This document shows, in pieces, positions 36,820 to 51,166 of a stretch of DNA of 64,000 nucleotides (within the stretch, counting starts at the first letter, position 1; every line of letters starts with the position of its first letter). The stretch covers positions 42,594,001 through 42,658,000 of the forward strand of contig OX597818.1 of the NCBI GenBank assembly GCA_951406725.2, in the 5' to 3' direction. Under the pieces are notes generated by a model. The model had not been told where the DNA came from. It saw only the letters and a program-made list of their open reading frames with translations, and made no database searches. The translations under genes and the position numbers were made by a program. This DNA is from Octopus vulgaris (Eukaryota).

Positions 36820-39690
36820 TGTGTACTTCTTGCTGAATGGTATAGCTACAATTATCTCTGCCTATGCCCCACAAGCAGGCCTACCTAATGAACAGAAGGA
36901 TCACTTTTATGATATTCTTCTGCATGCTACCTCAAAGACAAGTGACAATGATTTCATCCTTGTGGCTGGAGATTTTAATGGGCATGTTGGACAGCAACCT
37001 GGTATTTTCCATGGTGTACATGGGAGCCATGGAATTGGTACCAGAAATGAAGAGGTAACTAGACTCCTGGAGTTCTGCAATGCAAATAACATATTGATCT
37101 GCAACACCAACTTCAAGAAGCCAGCCAGCCACCTGATAACCTATCAATCAGGTGACTCTGCTAACCAGATTGATTTCATTCTCACCAGACAGTGAGATGA
37201 ATAGTTACTCTTAAATACAAAGACCCACCCTGGTGAAGAATGTACCCCTCCCAGCATAGACTAGTTATTAGCAACTTTAGCCTTGTGACCAGAAGGATGC
37301 TAAAAAGCAGACCAATCTGGAAAAGAAGGACTTGGAAGCTTAAGAACCCTTCATATGGTCAGAGATTTAGGGATATCCTAACTGAGAAATTTGATAAGAG
37401 GGAGGAGGAGCTACAGTCCTGTGACATAGAAGGTAGCTGGGAATTCCTGCAAGACAGCTTGCTGAGTGCCACAGACCAAATTTATGGCTGGTGCAAAGTC
37501 CCTTCCAGACCTAGGGTAACATGGTGGTGGAACAATACTGTAGATAGGGCCATTAGGGCAAAGAAACAGGCCTGGAAGGTCTGGAAGAGTTGGGGTAGGA
37601 GGGGACTGTATCAGATAGCCAGGAGAGAAACTAGGAGACAGGTATATATAGGTAAGGGAGTAGCAGAAAAGAAGAAGATTGCCAATGTTCAGTGACATGA
37701 GGACCAAAGAACTGAAGTATTTCAGATTGCAAGTGTGAGAGAAAATCGTGATGTCATATGAGAGAAATGTGTCCGTCTGGATGATGGTACCCTTGCGTTT
37801 AATGATTCTGCAAAGAAAGAGGCTTGGAGATGCCATTATGAAGACTGCCAAATGTGGAGAATGAATGGGAGGAAGAGAGTCTGCCAAAGGTTGACCCAAT
37901 TGAAGGACCAGCTACCCGAATTAACAGTACCCTGGTAGATGAAGCAATTCAGAATATGAAGGCAGGGAAAGCACCTGACCCTTCAACAATCACTGCTGAG
38001 ATGCTTAGAATATTGGTCAGTGTGGGTTATGGTCTTTTCACCTGCATCATAAATCAGATAGTTCATGAAGGAGTCAGACCCAATGACTGGTATAGCAACA
38101 CCATAGTCAATTGCTACAAAAGTAAAGGTGATGGTTTAGATAGAAATAACTACAGGAGTATCAAATTCTTGGATCAGGTGATGAAAGTTACAGAGAGAGT
38201 CATAGCCCAACTAATTAGGGAGAGAATTAGCTATATGAGATGCAGTTTTGTTTTGTGCCAGGCAGAAGCACCACTGATGCTATATTTCTGGTAAGGCAAC
38301 TACAGGAGAAATATCTAGCCAAAGATAAACCTCTGTACTTAACTTTTGTTGACTTGGAGAAAGCCTTTGACAGGGTACCCCAATCCCTTATCTGGTGGTA
38401 AATGCGGAAACTGGAGATACACAAGTGATTGGTAAGAGCTGTACAAGTCCTCTACAGGGATGCTCTCAGTAAGGTGAGGGTTGGCAACAAGTATAGTGAA
38501 GAATTCCGGGTAGAAGTAGGGGTTCACCAAGGATCAGTTCTCAGCCCCCGTTTCTTCATCATAGTCCTCCAGGCAATAACAGAGAAATTCAAGACACACT
38601 GCCCCTGGGAGCTCCTCTAATCTGATGACCTTGCTCTAATAGCCGAATCACTACCAGAACTAGAGACAAAGTTTAGGGTGTGGAAGCAAGGTCTAGAATT
38701 GAAGGGCCTTAGGGTTAACCTAGAAAAAAACCAAAGTCTTAGTAAGTAGGAAGGCTGACAAATCACAAACCCCTTCAAGTAGATAGCCCATACTTGATCT
38801 GTAGAAAAGGCATGGGTAGAAACTCCATATGATGTACCCGGTGTAAGCTATGGAAACATAAAAGGTGCAGAAATATCAAAGGAAGGTTAACCAGGAAGAT
38901 AATTTTAGTGTCTGGCGGATGCACAGGGGCAATAAACACTGAAGATGTACAGAAAACAGATTCCATCACATGCCGGGGGGAAAACTAGAAGTAGTTGATA
39001 GCTTCTGCTACCTAGGTGATCAAGTCTGTATTTGGGGTAGTCACTCTGAGAGTGTAGCAGCTAGAATGAGACTAGCTTGGACAAAGTTCAGGGAGCTCCT
39101 ACCTCCGCTGGCAACCAAGGGCCTCTCGCTCAGGATGAAAGGTACACTGTATGATGCATGTGTGCAAACTGCCATGCTACATGGCATTGAAACACAGGCC
39201 ATGACTGCTGAGAACATGCTTAGGCTTGAAAGAAATGAAGCTAGTATGATCCACTGGATGTGTAATGCCAATGTGCATACACAACAAAGTGTGAGCGCCC
39301 TAAGAGAAAAGTTGGCCATAAGAAGCATCAAATGTGGTGTGCAAGAGAGACGACTGCGCTGGTATGGTCATGTATTATGTATGGATGAGGACAGCTGTGT
39401 GAGGAAGTGCCACACCCTAACTGTGGAAGGAACCTGTAGAAGAGTTAGACCCAAGAAGACATGGAATAAGGTGATGAAGCATGACTTTTGAACGTTGGGC
39501 CTCACAGAGGCAATGACAGGAGACCAAGACTTCTGGAGATATTATACTGTGATTGAAAGGCATCTAGCCATAGAAATCGTGCCAAATTAGACTGGAGTCT
39601 GGTGCAGCCTTCCAGTTTACCAGTTTTAGTCAAAGCATCTAAGCTATGCCAACATGCAACGCAGAAGCTAAATTATGATGATGATGGTGA
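36820..39690 (+). pseudogene. RTE-clade LINE, near-complete ORF (APE endonuclease + RT) with many stops and frameshifts
   Basis: 'IISAYAPQ', 'AGDFNGHVG', 'NQIDFIL', 'FVDLEKAFDRVP', 'GVHQGSVLSP', 'RRLRWYGHV'. Confidence 0.95.
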
Positions 39691-41776
39691 TCATTATGTG
39701 TTAGTAGTAAACAAATACCTATGTGCTAACTTAGGTTTCATATGAGAAAAATTGTCAAGAAAACACATGTTAAATCTATATCATTATTTGTAAGGTAAGG
39801 CATTATTTTACTGTTGATAAAATATTTGATTTTAATTACAAATAAGCATTGTTGGAACAGGATATATTTCATATTAAAAAAAAAATTTAAATAAGGAGAC
39901 AAAATGTACTTCACAATATGGAACATACTAATCATGTTATTTTCTTTATTTTTTATTCAGTTATTTATTTCAAGTCTCAGTTGGAGCAGATAAAAACTGA
40001 AGACTTTAAACTAGTTGCAAGATGAAATGTACTATTAGTTATTACATAATTTTAGACCAGGTAATCTTAGTCTCATAGTTAGAGACTTAGTGGACTCCGA
40101 GACATGTTGATTACAAAAAGATCCTACTTATGTAAACATACATGCACTTACACAAACACACACACACACAAACATACATAAAAGATTACATGATAACAGG
40201 CATACATAAGAGATATCTAGGTCCTCCTTTGTTCAGGGTTGACAATGTATCTGTATCTATAGGTACAAGCCCAAGGTTGTTTTCTTGTTTTTCTGTTTCT
40301 TTTTTTTGTTTTTGTTTTTTTGTTTTTTTTGTGGAAAGCTAGTTGTTGCCCAAGAAACTAATTTTCCTCTCTCCACACCAGAGTAGTTGTCCAAGAGAAA
40401 GACCAATACAGCTTGGCATCAGTGTCTTCACAAATGTTGCCAACAGAATGCAAAGAACTAGTATTAACACTGCAAGACACATTACTCAATGCTCTACAAG
40501 TTCTTTGTATCCACCTTTTACTTCAATCCGTGAACTAGAAAGGCTAAAAAGCAAAATTGTGCCCTCGACACGATTTCAATTCAGAGCATAGAGAGAAAGA
40601 AAAAATACCACAAGACATTCTATTCAATATTTTAATGAATTTGCCAGTTTGCTACCTTATAATAAATATGACTAACATAGTTTTGTGATTTATTCAATCA
40701 GATAGAGAAATTCACTGTAGTTATAAAAGAATTAGATTTGTTCTCTGTGCATTTTCCAATGCCTTTATATGAAATTACACGAACGGGTAGATTGACTCCA
40801 AAGTTGTTCCAGATTGAAAACTTTCTCAACAATATTCAGTGACCTCTAGCCCATTGATGTTCAGCCAAATCACTCTGCCTTTTTTGATGCTGCTACAACA
40901 GCCTCTGAGCTTAACAGGCTGCATACCATCTCAACACATTTATCTTTCCTATTCTTATCATTCCCCCACCTATACACCAGCACTAACCATAATGCCCAAT
41001 ACTTCAGTTCCCTCAAATTCTCTTCTTTTTACAAATGCTCAAACTGAACATCAAACTACATCAGTCACATTAGTCAAGAAGAGCCAGCATAGGTCATGGG
41101 CACAGATCTCTTCTTCCATACTAAGCATAAAAACTCAAGCTACTTATTTACTCAACGAGTAAAAGAAAGGAGCACAAGGCAAATGTAAAGCTTTTGACTT
41201 ACCTTTCAAAGGCTTATTAAAATTTTGGTTTTTCAGTAGTAAGGAGTGCTTAAAGTTCTTTATAAAAACATCCCCAAAACTCACAAACTCAACACTCCTT
41301 TTTCTCAATAGTATATATTACCTATTTGATTTTTACAAATAATTGTTCAAGAATTTTAAAATTTCCAAGTACCACCATCACCTTGTTCTTGCTGTTTGTC
41401 ATATCATTACATGTTATTTCTGAGAAACTCCAACTTTTATACAACTAGATAGCAGCAAAAGTAGTTACCACAATAGCATTGCTGTCCCTTTTTTACGGTA
41501 GATGACAACATTGGTGTATGTATGATGAATTATTAAAATTCTTTTGTTTTGTTTTCATGTAGTTTGTATTGTTTACATGGTAGTTTGTATTACATTTTAG
41601 ACGGGCTTTGTTAGCAGTCTTTTGTTTTAGAATTACAGACTTCTAAAACACCAAAATTTTTAAGAGTTTAACAATAAATGCTTATAAAACATTTTCTTTG
41701 TTAGTAATTTCAGTTTTGAAACTAATTTATTGTTCCAATTTAAAAAGAATTATTAAAATTATGTTCTATCTGAATC

Positions 41777-41922
41777 AGGCATAAGCAACCTTTTTCTAGA
41801 AGCAAGCCACATGACACATGACTTAACATCAGACTGGCCACACTACTAAAATATAACCAAGGTAATTTTTTTGTCAGGTGTGCCAGTCACAAAGTTCTAT
41901 GGGCCACCATTTGTCCATGACT
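41777..41922. mobile_element. Possible hAT-type MITE
   Basis: caggcataagcaacctttt ... ttgtccatgactg degenerate TIRs. Confidence 0.4.
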
Positions 41923-42129
41923 GAGTTAAACTGTTTAAAATTAATTCTAACCAAAATCTTCAGTTTATAAAAAAATATAGAATTTATTAATTGAAAATTT
42001 AATCCAATGTAAAAAATTATCCAATCTAGACAGACAAATGAAAATGAGAGAGACAGGGAGAAAAAAAGAGAAAAAAGGGACTAATATATAGATAAATTTT
42101 TTGACAAGATTATTTATTTATAAATAACT

Positions 42130-43075
42130 GAATTTCTTGAGGATGTCTTCCGAATCACTAATGGCAGCTCATGGGTGGATGTTATCTCTCTATCTTGACT
42201 TTGCTAAAACCTTCAATTCTGTGCCCATAGCAAAACTCTCTGCAATGGATATGAAAGATGATCTCTATAACTGGTCGAAGTCTTTCATTCCCAGTTGAAA
42301 AGAGGTAGTCACAGTTCTAAGACATTCTTCACTCTATGAGATGACATCTGGTGTACGACAGGGATCTGTTCTTGGGCCCCTGTTGTTTGTTGCATATATT
42401 AATGACATAGATGCCAACTTGGAGAATGTTACAGTGTTGAAAATATGCAGATGACATCAAGTTGTACCTTGAGATAAAAAGAATAGATCTTATACCCGAT
42501 AGACCTTTCCTGCAATCAGACCTGGACACAATGCAACAATGGATTACTCAGTGATAATTCAAGCAGGTTGTAGACAAGTGAACCACCATTTTGGGAGGTA
42601 AAACCCAACTTTCACTTACTCAACAGCACCAATTTTAAGAAATCTGTAAGTGAATGTGATCTGGGTATTATTGTCAACAGCGATCTGCATTGGACAAACC
42701 ACATCTCTAAGATTGTCAACAAGGCTGATGGTACATCCAGTTTGTATCCCCAATCTAGAACCCCTATCTTATTCAGGATATCAATCTCCTGGAAACTGTT
42801 CAGAAACATGCAACCAAATGAATACCCACTGTCAGGCATCTACCTTAATTTGATCGTCTTCCTTAATTTGAACGTCTTGCTTCCCTGTGCATAAACAAAT
42901 TGAAGCTCCAATATCTGGCAACTTACTTCATAGACACCCACAAGATTACCCATCATTTTTCCATCAACAGCATTAGGTAATTTTTTTTAATTCCATAAAT
43001 CTAACACTCATGGACGTGCATACAAAAACAAAAAGCAACATAGCACCCATGACTTTGTAAACATTTTTTCATGGT
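42130..43075 (+). pseudogene. CR1/L2-like LINE RT fragment
   Basis: 'YLDFAKTFNSVP', 'SGVRQGSVLGPLLFVAYIND', 'YADDIKLY', 'DLGIIV'. Confidence 0.85.
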
Positions 43076-43104
43076 TAGGACTTTTACATATGATGCTATA
43101 CATA

Positions 43105-45115
43105 TATACTTAAATACTAACTTATCAGATGGTACCTGTGAATATTGATCAATTGGTATATACTGGTATTTAATAAAGGAGTACTGAGGTAAAAGAACAT
43201 GCTAACTATATATTAATTAAATCATAATCTAAGCAGTTTATTTTATACCAGTATTGTTTTATATAAGCTAAGTATGAATTTATAGAGGTACAAAAATTAG
43301 ATTTATTTTATAAATAAATAAAGGCTATTATAAAATAATAAAAAATAAAATAATCTGGTAGGGCAGAACACCATAGAAAAGGAATAAAATAGCTTAATCA
43401 CTAAAAACATGATAAAGTATATATACCTTATTAACATCAATAGAGAAGATTTATAGAAAATGTATAATTCAAAGTATACTAAACTAAAAATTATTGATAC
43501 TTATCTAGCTAGTATTAATAAAGACTGATACCTGGTATTAGCTAAAGGAATATTGATGTTATAGGACATTCTAATTTTATACTAATTTTTAAAACTAAGG
43601 TTATATTTTAGGTTTTTAGAAGTTATTATTGTTACTCCATACATGATATTTATAGTTTCTTAGGGGTACTTAATTAGAAGGGCTACTTATATAAAGGCCC
43701 TTATAAATACTAAGATCAGGAGGGTAGAGCACTTTAAGAAAGGGATAAATCAAGTAATTTCTATAGATCATTTCAAACAATATTGCCATATTGTATAAAG
43801 TTAAAATTTAGGGTAGTCAAGAAGATTATTAAGTATGATATTATTAAAAAAGGATAACATTTCTATAAATACTTTTGAGTATATACCAAATTTTACCACA
43901 ATAGAGGGAGGAAAAGAAAATTACAAAGAAATAGTTTAATATTTATACTTATTATTTATCTAAATATTAACTTATTAGATGGTATCTATGGAGATTGATC
44001 AATTGGATTTTACTGGTATTTAATAAAGGAGCACCGAGGCTAAAGAACATGTTAACTATATACTCATTTAATTAAATTAAATTATTTTAAGTTGTGAAGA
44101 TACCAGTATTGTCTTATATAAGCTAAGTATGAAGTAATAGGGATACAAAAATTAGATTTATTAAAGGCTATTATAAAATAATAAAATGATCAGGTAGAGT
44201 AGAGCACCATAGAAAAAGAATAAAGATAGCCTGATCACTAAAACCATAATAAATTATATCTACCTTATTAACTTCAATAGAGAAGATTTATAGAAAATGT
44301 AAAATTTAAGTATTATGAACTAAAAGATGTTTATTAACTTATTTAGCTTATTTCAATCAAGACTGATACCTGGTATTAGTTAAAAGAATATTGATGTTAA
44401 AAGGACATGTTAATTATATACTAATTTAAATTAAGAGGTATAATAAAGGTTTTAAAATTTATTAGTGTTAATCCGTACATGATATTACAGTTTCTTAGAG
44501 GTACTTAATTAGAAGGGCTACTTGTATAAAAGCCAATATAAATACTAAGATCAGGAGGGTGGAGTACTTTAAGAAAGGGATAAATAAAGTAATTACTAAA
44601 ACTATTTTAAACAAAATAGCCATATTGTATAAAGTTAAAATTTAGGGTTATCAAGAAAATTTAGCATTGAGACAAAAGAACAAATTTACTATAAATTAAT
44701 TAAATTATAATCTAAGCAGTTTAATTTTAAGTTGTGAAGATACCCATATTGTTTTATATAAGCTATGTATGAATTTATAGGGGTACAAAAATTTAGGTTT
44801 ATCTAAAGGCAATTATAAAGTATTAAAAAGTATTAAAATGATCAGGTAGGGTAGAACACCATAGAAAAGGATATAAAATAGCTTAATCACTAAAAACCAT
44901 GATGAAGTATATAGACAAATTAGTAACATCAATAGAGAATATTTATAGAAAATGTATAATAATTCAAGTATTTAAAACTAAAAATTGTTTATTTACTTAT
45001 TTAGCTTGTATCTATAATGACTGATACCCTGTATTAACTAAAGGAATATTGATGTTGTAGGACATGCTAACTATACACTAATATTAAACTAAGAGGTATA
45101 TGATAGGTTTTAAAT
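43105..45115. repeat. Degenerate long-period tandem repeat (~850-bp unit; one full, one 3'-truncated, one partial copy)
   Basis: taaatactaacttatcagatggtacc (43111) vs taaatattaacttattagatggtatc (43961); third copy starts ~44697. Confidence 0.85.
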
Positions 45116-45436
45116 CACAAGATCGATAAAGTGCTACTTTCTAAAACATTTAAAGGTATGGGTGACACTATGTATGCATGATACCCTAAGGTTTAATCGA
45201 GTATTAATCAGGTTGCCTTTATCTTTATGCTCAAAAATTACATATGTTTCCATAGAGCACAGCTCACACCCATATCTTGAATTGTTCAATTAAATGGAGT
45301 TGCTTGAAACGATCGTACTGCATTACCTCTGGATATCCTTGTTGCTTATTTTGATTTTAATCACCTTATTTTGAAATTGGATGGATAATACCGTACTAAA
45401 TTCTGGTGCCTCAACTGAAGTACCATATTCATCTGA

Positions 45437-45437
45437 A

Positions 45438-45484
<47 letters not shown>

Positions 45485-46306
45485 CATATTAAAACTGAAA
45501 ATATCTGTGTGTGTGTGTGTGTATGGGTATGTCCTCGTTTTGTGTCAAAATGGCTCGATCGAGTTTTCTTAAACTTCACACGCACATTGCTTATGTGTCT
45601 GGGGAGGTTTTAAGTATAAATTGATTTTGAAAAATGTTCAGGTAAACGGCGGGAAGAATAACATTTGGGAGTGATTATTTTTAAGCTTCCAAGGGAAATA
45701 ACCCATTCATTTTCAGTATACTTATTTCTTAGTATTTGAACTATGTTACTTATTTTCTCAATTTATCCAATACAACGCTTAAACAAGTAAATAGTATTCT
45801 CCTAAACAATAGATCCACTTATTTCGGTTAGTGACTTATTCATGAATATACCAACACTAGCATTGCTGAGGGTAATATTCTCTGGGTACGCACAACAGTT
45901 TTTTTCATAGTTAATAACTTTGAATTGTTATCATCTCATATCTGATTAACCTGCTATTACGTAACATGTTTCATGATTTTAGTATACATGCCTTATTAGT
46001 ATTTCCTCCTAAAATCTATATACTCTTGGAACGTATTAAAGCCCTTTTCAGAGCTACTTTATTTGAATTCTTACTATTGGGTAATTAATTTGATGTTATT
46101 ACATAACTGACTTCACAATTTGGGTATTCATAACTTATTGGGAATTCCTAAAAACAAGATCCTGTGTAAGACAGTTCGGTATTGTCAATAAATATACAAA
46201 AACCATTTGAAGGGCTACATACTTTGTATTGTTGTTACTGGATTAGCAAAACAGAACAGAACCAAGGGATAAGCCTGCTTTCCCAAGATTTACCGGGTAT
46301 GTCAGC

Positions 46307-46310
<4 letters not shown>
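45437..46310 (+). mobile_element. Putative non-autonomous Helitron
   Basis: TC(TA)n..attaaaact, (tg)n, aaatggctcgatcgagttttcttaaacttcac; 3' ccgggtatgtcagctact (CTAG-like end). Confidence 0.55.
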
Positions 46311-46358
<48 letters not shown>

Positions 46359-46359
<1 letters not shown>

Positions 46360-46744
46360 GGCTGTGTGGTAAGTAGTTTGCTTACCAACCACATGGTTCT
46401 GGGTTCATTCCCACTACATGGCACCTTGGGCAAGTGTCTTCTACTATAGCCTCATGCCGAGTGGATTTGGTAGACGGAAACTGAAAGAAGCCTGTCATAT
46501 ATATGTATATATATATATGTATGTGTATGTATATGTTTGTGTGTCTGTGTTTGCCCCCCAACATCGCTTGACAACCGATGCTGGTGTGTTTGTGTCCCCA
46601 TAACACATAATTATGTGTCCCCATAATTTCAGCAAAAGAGACCGATAGAATAAGTACTAGGCTCACAACGAATAAGTCCTGAGGTCGATTTGCTCAAATA
46701 AAAGCGGTGCTCCAGCATGGCCACAGTCAAATGACTGAAACAAG

Positions 46745-46800
<56 letters not shown>

Positions 46801-47635
46801 TTTACGTGCCACCGGTACTGCCTGACTGGCCCCCGTTCCGGTGGCACATAAAAGCACCTACTACACTCTCAGAGTGGTTGGCGTTAGGAAGGGCATCCAG
46901 CTGTAGAAACTCTGCCAGATCAGATTGGAGCCTGATGCAACCATCTGGTTCGCCAGTCCTCAGTCAAATCATCCAACCCATGCTAGCATGGAAAGCGGAC
47001 GTTAAACGATGATGATGATGATATATATATACTTATTATAGACTCAGGCCAACCAAAACCTTGTGAGTGGATTTCATACTCAGAAACTGAAAGAATACTA
47101 TTGTATATATGTGTGTGCGTGTCTTGTGTTTGTATCCCCACCATTGCTTGACAACTGATGTTGCTGTGTTTACATTCCCGTAACTTAGCGGTTTGGTAAA
47201 AGACACTGACAGAATGAGTACTAGGCTTACAAAGAATAAATCCTGTGGTTGATTTCTTTGACCAACTGCAGTGCTCCAGCATGGCCGCAGTCACATGACT
47301 GGAACAAGTAAAACAGAGTCTTTTGGTTGAACAAATTGACCCCAGGACTCTTTCTTTCTTTAAACCTAGTACTTATTTTATCAGTCTCTTTTGCCAAACC
47401 ACTAAGTTACTGGGACATAAACACACCAACACTGGTTGCCAAGCAGTGGTGGGAGACAAACACAGGCTCAATGACATGCACACATAGATATATATTTGTA
47501 TACAACAGGCTTGTTTCAGTTTTATTGACCCCCGAAAGGATGAAAGGCAAAGTCGACCTCAGAATGTAAAGACAGACAAAATACCACAAAGCATTGTACC
47601 CAGGTATGCTAACGTTTGTGCCAGCTTACCACTTT
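46359..47635. mobile_element. Cluster of SINEs (CORE-type, RTE-tailed, Meta-type) in both orientations
   Basis: Recognisable family motifs separated by (TA)n. Confidence 0.8.
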
Positions 47636-49019
47636 CTAACTCTCTTTCTCTATAACACTCACTTCAACTAACACTTCAACCAAGTAATAAATATCACATT
47701 CTTTCTTCTTCATGTAGTTGACACTTCTCTCTCCCTTTTTTTTTTTATTGTTCCTCACCTTTCCTTTCAACTAATCATGTGACTGTGTAATGCATTTCGG
47801 CCTTAGCATATTAATATGCACATGATTTCTGTTTTGAAGCAGAAAAGTGCAATAGATCTATTCACAAAATTCAAACTACATATATGGGCTTACATTAAAA
47901 GGCTTTGTCAGTATTAATAATAAAAAATGATAATAATTATGAAAGTATTGTATACAGTGCTAAGTGTACCAAAATTTCTAACAATTTAACAATAAATATT
48001 CATAAAAGTCCTTTTATTTTTCTTAACAACTGGAATTTTGAAACTGATTTATCATTCAAATTGAAAAGGAATTAATAAACTATGTATTATATTATTATAG
48101 GGGGAAATAAAATTAATCCTAAACAAAAATGTTCAGTTTATAAAGTAGAATATAGAATTTATTTAATGAGTTTTATTTAACCTGATAAAGGCAGCAAAGT
48201 GGCAGAGTCGTTAACATGTCAGATAAAATGTTGAGTGGCATTTCTGCCAGTTTTATGTCCTAAGTTCAAATGCTGCCAAAGTCGACTTTGCCTTTCTTCC
48301 TTTGAGGGTTGATAAAAACAGGTATCAATTGAGAACTGGGGTCAATGTAATCGACTTAACCTCCTCTAAAATTGGTGGCCTTGAGCCAAAATTTGAAACT
48401 ATTATATAACTTGATGTAGGAAATAATCTGGTTTTGATAGAGAGGTAAAAATGAGAGAGAGAGCGGAAAAATCTATATATTTATTCATTTCACTCGTCTT
48501 TATATAATGTAGGGTAGCCTTGAATCTCCTCTTAAGCAAGATACCTGAACTTATCTCTCTTTCATACTTCAAGCTCTCAACATCTGGCATAGAACCATTG
48601 CCTCTCCTCTCTCTATTTCATTTGCTTGAGGAAGCTTTTTCCTTTTTCCTTCTTGTTCTTTCTTTGTCTTGCAAGTCACTCAGCAACCTCACTAGTGCCT
48701 GTGGCACAAAAAGAAGCACCCTGCCATGCTGTGAAGTGGTTGGCATTAGGAAGGGTATCTAGCTTTAGAAATCATGCCAAAGCAAATATTGGAGTTCAAC
48801 ATGGCCATGTGGCTTGCCAGACCCCTGTCAAACATGCCAGCAGGGAAAACAAATATTAAATAATGTTGATGATGATGATTAATAAACTATCAGTATAACA
48901 TTATTCAATACAGCATAACCATTGGGAATCATAGTACTAACATTTACAAACTCAATTCCATTAGAATTTATTATGAAATTATTCATAAATAAACTCTTTA
49001 CTTAGTAACTTTTTAAGAT

Positions 49020-49635
49020 ATGTCGTTGCCAGTACCGTCCGACTGGCCCCCATGCCGGTGACACATAAAAGCACCCACTACACTCTCGGAGTGGTTAGCG
49101 TTGGGAAGGGCATCCAGCTGTAGAAACTCTACCAGATCAAGATTGGAGCCTGGTGCAGCCATCTGATTCGCCAGTCCTCAGTCAAATTGTCCAACCCATG
49201 CTAGCATGGAAAGCAGATGGGAAATTGTAGCTGTGATACCAGTTCCGGTGGCACATAAGAGAACCATCCGAATGTGGCCGATGCCAGCGCCGCCCCGACT
49301 GGCTTCCGTGCCAGTGGCACGTAAAAAACACCATCCAATTGTGGCCGTTGCCAGCCTTGCCTGGCCTCCGTGCCAGTGGCACGTAAAAAGCACCATCCGA
49401 TCGTGGCCATTTGCCAGCCTTGTCTGGCATCTGTTCCGATGGCACATAAAAGCACCCACTACACTCATGGAGTGGTTGGCGTTAGGAAGGGCATCCAGCC
49501 GTAGAAACACTGCCAGATCAGACTGGGCCTGGTGCAGCCTTCTGGCTTCCCAGACCCCAGTTGCACCGTCCAACCCATGCCAGCATGGAAAGCGGATGCT
49601 AAACAATGATGATGATGATGATGATGATGATTATG
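49020..49635 (+). mobile_element. Two adjacent RTE-tailed SINEs, the second with four ~60-bp subrepeats
   Basis: Repeated gtggcac(a/g)taaaa..caccatcc units; (GAT)n tail. Confidence 0.85.
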
Positions 49636-50939
49636 ATGTTATAAAATGATTCCAACTTTGACAGAGTGAAGAGTAAGAAGCTTACTCATATGACTGAAAG
49701 TACATATCTGAGCTTACAGTAGCTTAATTAAAATTAGTTTCTAGATCAATCTTAGCAAATTAAGATGTGGTAATGTTAGATTATCATTTCTTTCTCTTGA
49801 AACTTTTAAACTATAAATCTTACCATTTCTGAATACCTTGGAGTTTTGGTTTCTCTTTCACTTTTTGTTCTAGCACAACATAGCAATGCATTACTATAAT
49901 AGTCAAAGTAGCATTATCAGATGTTTAGTACACCTTATATATGGTAATTAACTTTGAATTACCCATAACCAAACAGACTTATAAACAAATTCATTCTAGC
50001 TGTGACCATTTTATCAACTATTCAATCACATTACTAAATAATGTAAGACTGTTAGGCAGGATTTGGGGAGGATTATATGTTATTTCTAGCCAATAAAAAG
50101 ACCATGAGGAGGCCCTAAAAAGACTAAGAGGAATGTGATAAAATATTGTAAAGCAAAACAATTAAATATTTTAAGGTATAGTTGAATCTAATGAGCATTA
50201 TATTTTATGATGGTGCCTTGTTGAAACAAATGAGTTAAATTCTATAAATATATTTGGTCAATTCAGTTGACCATCTCTCCTTCATGGAAATTGATACTTT
50301 AAATAAAATCATTACTTTCCTGATAAAATAATTATATAAAAATTATAACACATTTTTTGGTGTTTTTATTTATTTATTTTTTTCAATTGATTAAAAAAAA
50401 GTTTAAACAGTCACGTTTAAATACATATAGAATAGAAAAACTTTACGTCCTAGCAAATTCCAGATAAAAAAAAATATTTATTAAGTATGAAACCTCAAGT
50501 AAAAATACTTGATTTTGGGTCTAAAATAATTTTTTATTTCAATACAAACTAAATTTTACATTCAGATCTTTAATGAAATTATTTTTTTCCTCTCTTTTAT
50601 TCATTCGTAATGTCATCTAAGTCCAAGTACCTTTACCCAGTTATTAATTTCCAGAATAGTTAAAATGACATAAGATAGAAATGATAAATCACAAACATAA
50701 CAAGGAATATTAGATAATTTTCTAAAAAGGGGTGATCAATTTTTGATGTTTTTCATTAGAAATTTCTACAGATCATTCGACGCCTAAAATTGTTACTAAA
50801 CAAGATATTATTCGTACTTAAACTTTTGTATTTGAGTATTGTATTACATAAACAAGTAAAATACTTCTATAATTTTACGTAATCTGTTATCTTTCATACC
50901 TATCTTCGGAGTATTCTAAGAGAAACCATCTTGCTAACA

Positions 50940-51030
50940 TCAGCCAATCATAGATTGTTTTGAAATCACATGGTCTACGATATATATATATAAGGCCCTG
51001 TAAGCGATTAATCGGCCTCTTTTCCACTAA
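50940..51030 (+). promoter_or_regulatory. MAT core promoter: CCAAT (50944), E-box CACATG (~50967), TATA (50987-50994), TCT/TOP initiator (~51019)
   Basis: cagccaatca...tcacatgg...tatatataagg...cctcttttcc; TATA ~30 nt upstream of the pyrimidine initiator, ATG 39 nt downstream. Confidence 0.7.
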
Positions 51031-51057
51031 CTCCTAGGGAAGGACGCTTATATCAAA

Positions 51058-51166
51058 ATGGCAGCAAATACCAACGGTAACCATTATGAAGATTTGGACA
51101 AGAATATAGCTGATTATGAAAACACATTCTTGTTCACATCGGAATCAGTTGGAGAAGGCCATCCAG
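51058..51166 (+). CDS. MAT: S-adenosylmethionine synthetase, coding exon 1
   Basis: MAANTNGNHYEDLDKNIADYENTFLFTSESVGEGHP, then G|gtaaaa donor (absent from the ORF track). Confidence 0.95.

Noticed and set aside
43105-45115. Mitochondrial rRNA NUMT
   Set aside because: No recognisable 12S or 16S conserved motifs; kept only as an unexplained repeat
49240-49460. ~60-bp repeats as a CRISPR-like array
   Set aside because: Internal SINE subrepeats with no unique spacers, in a eukaryotic context without cas genes
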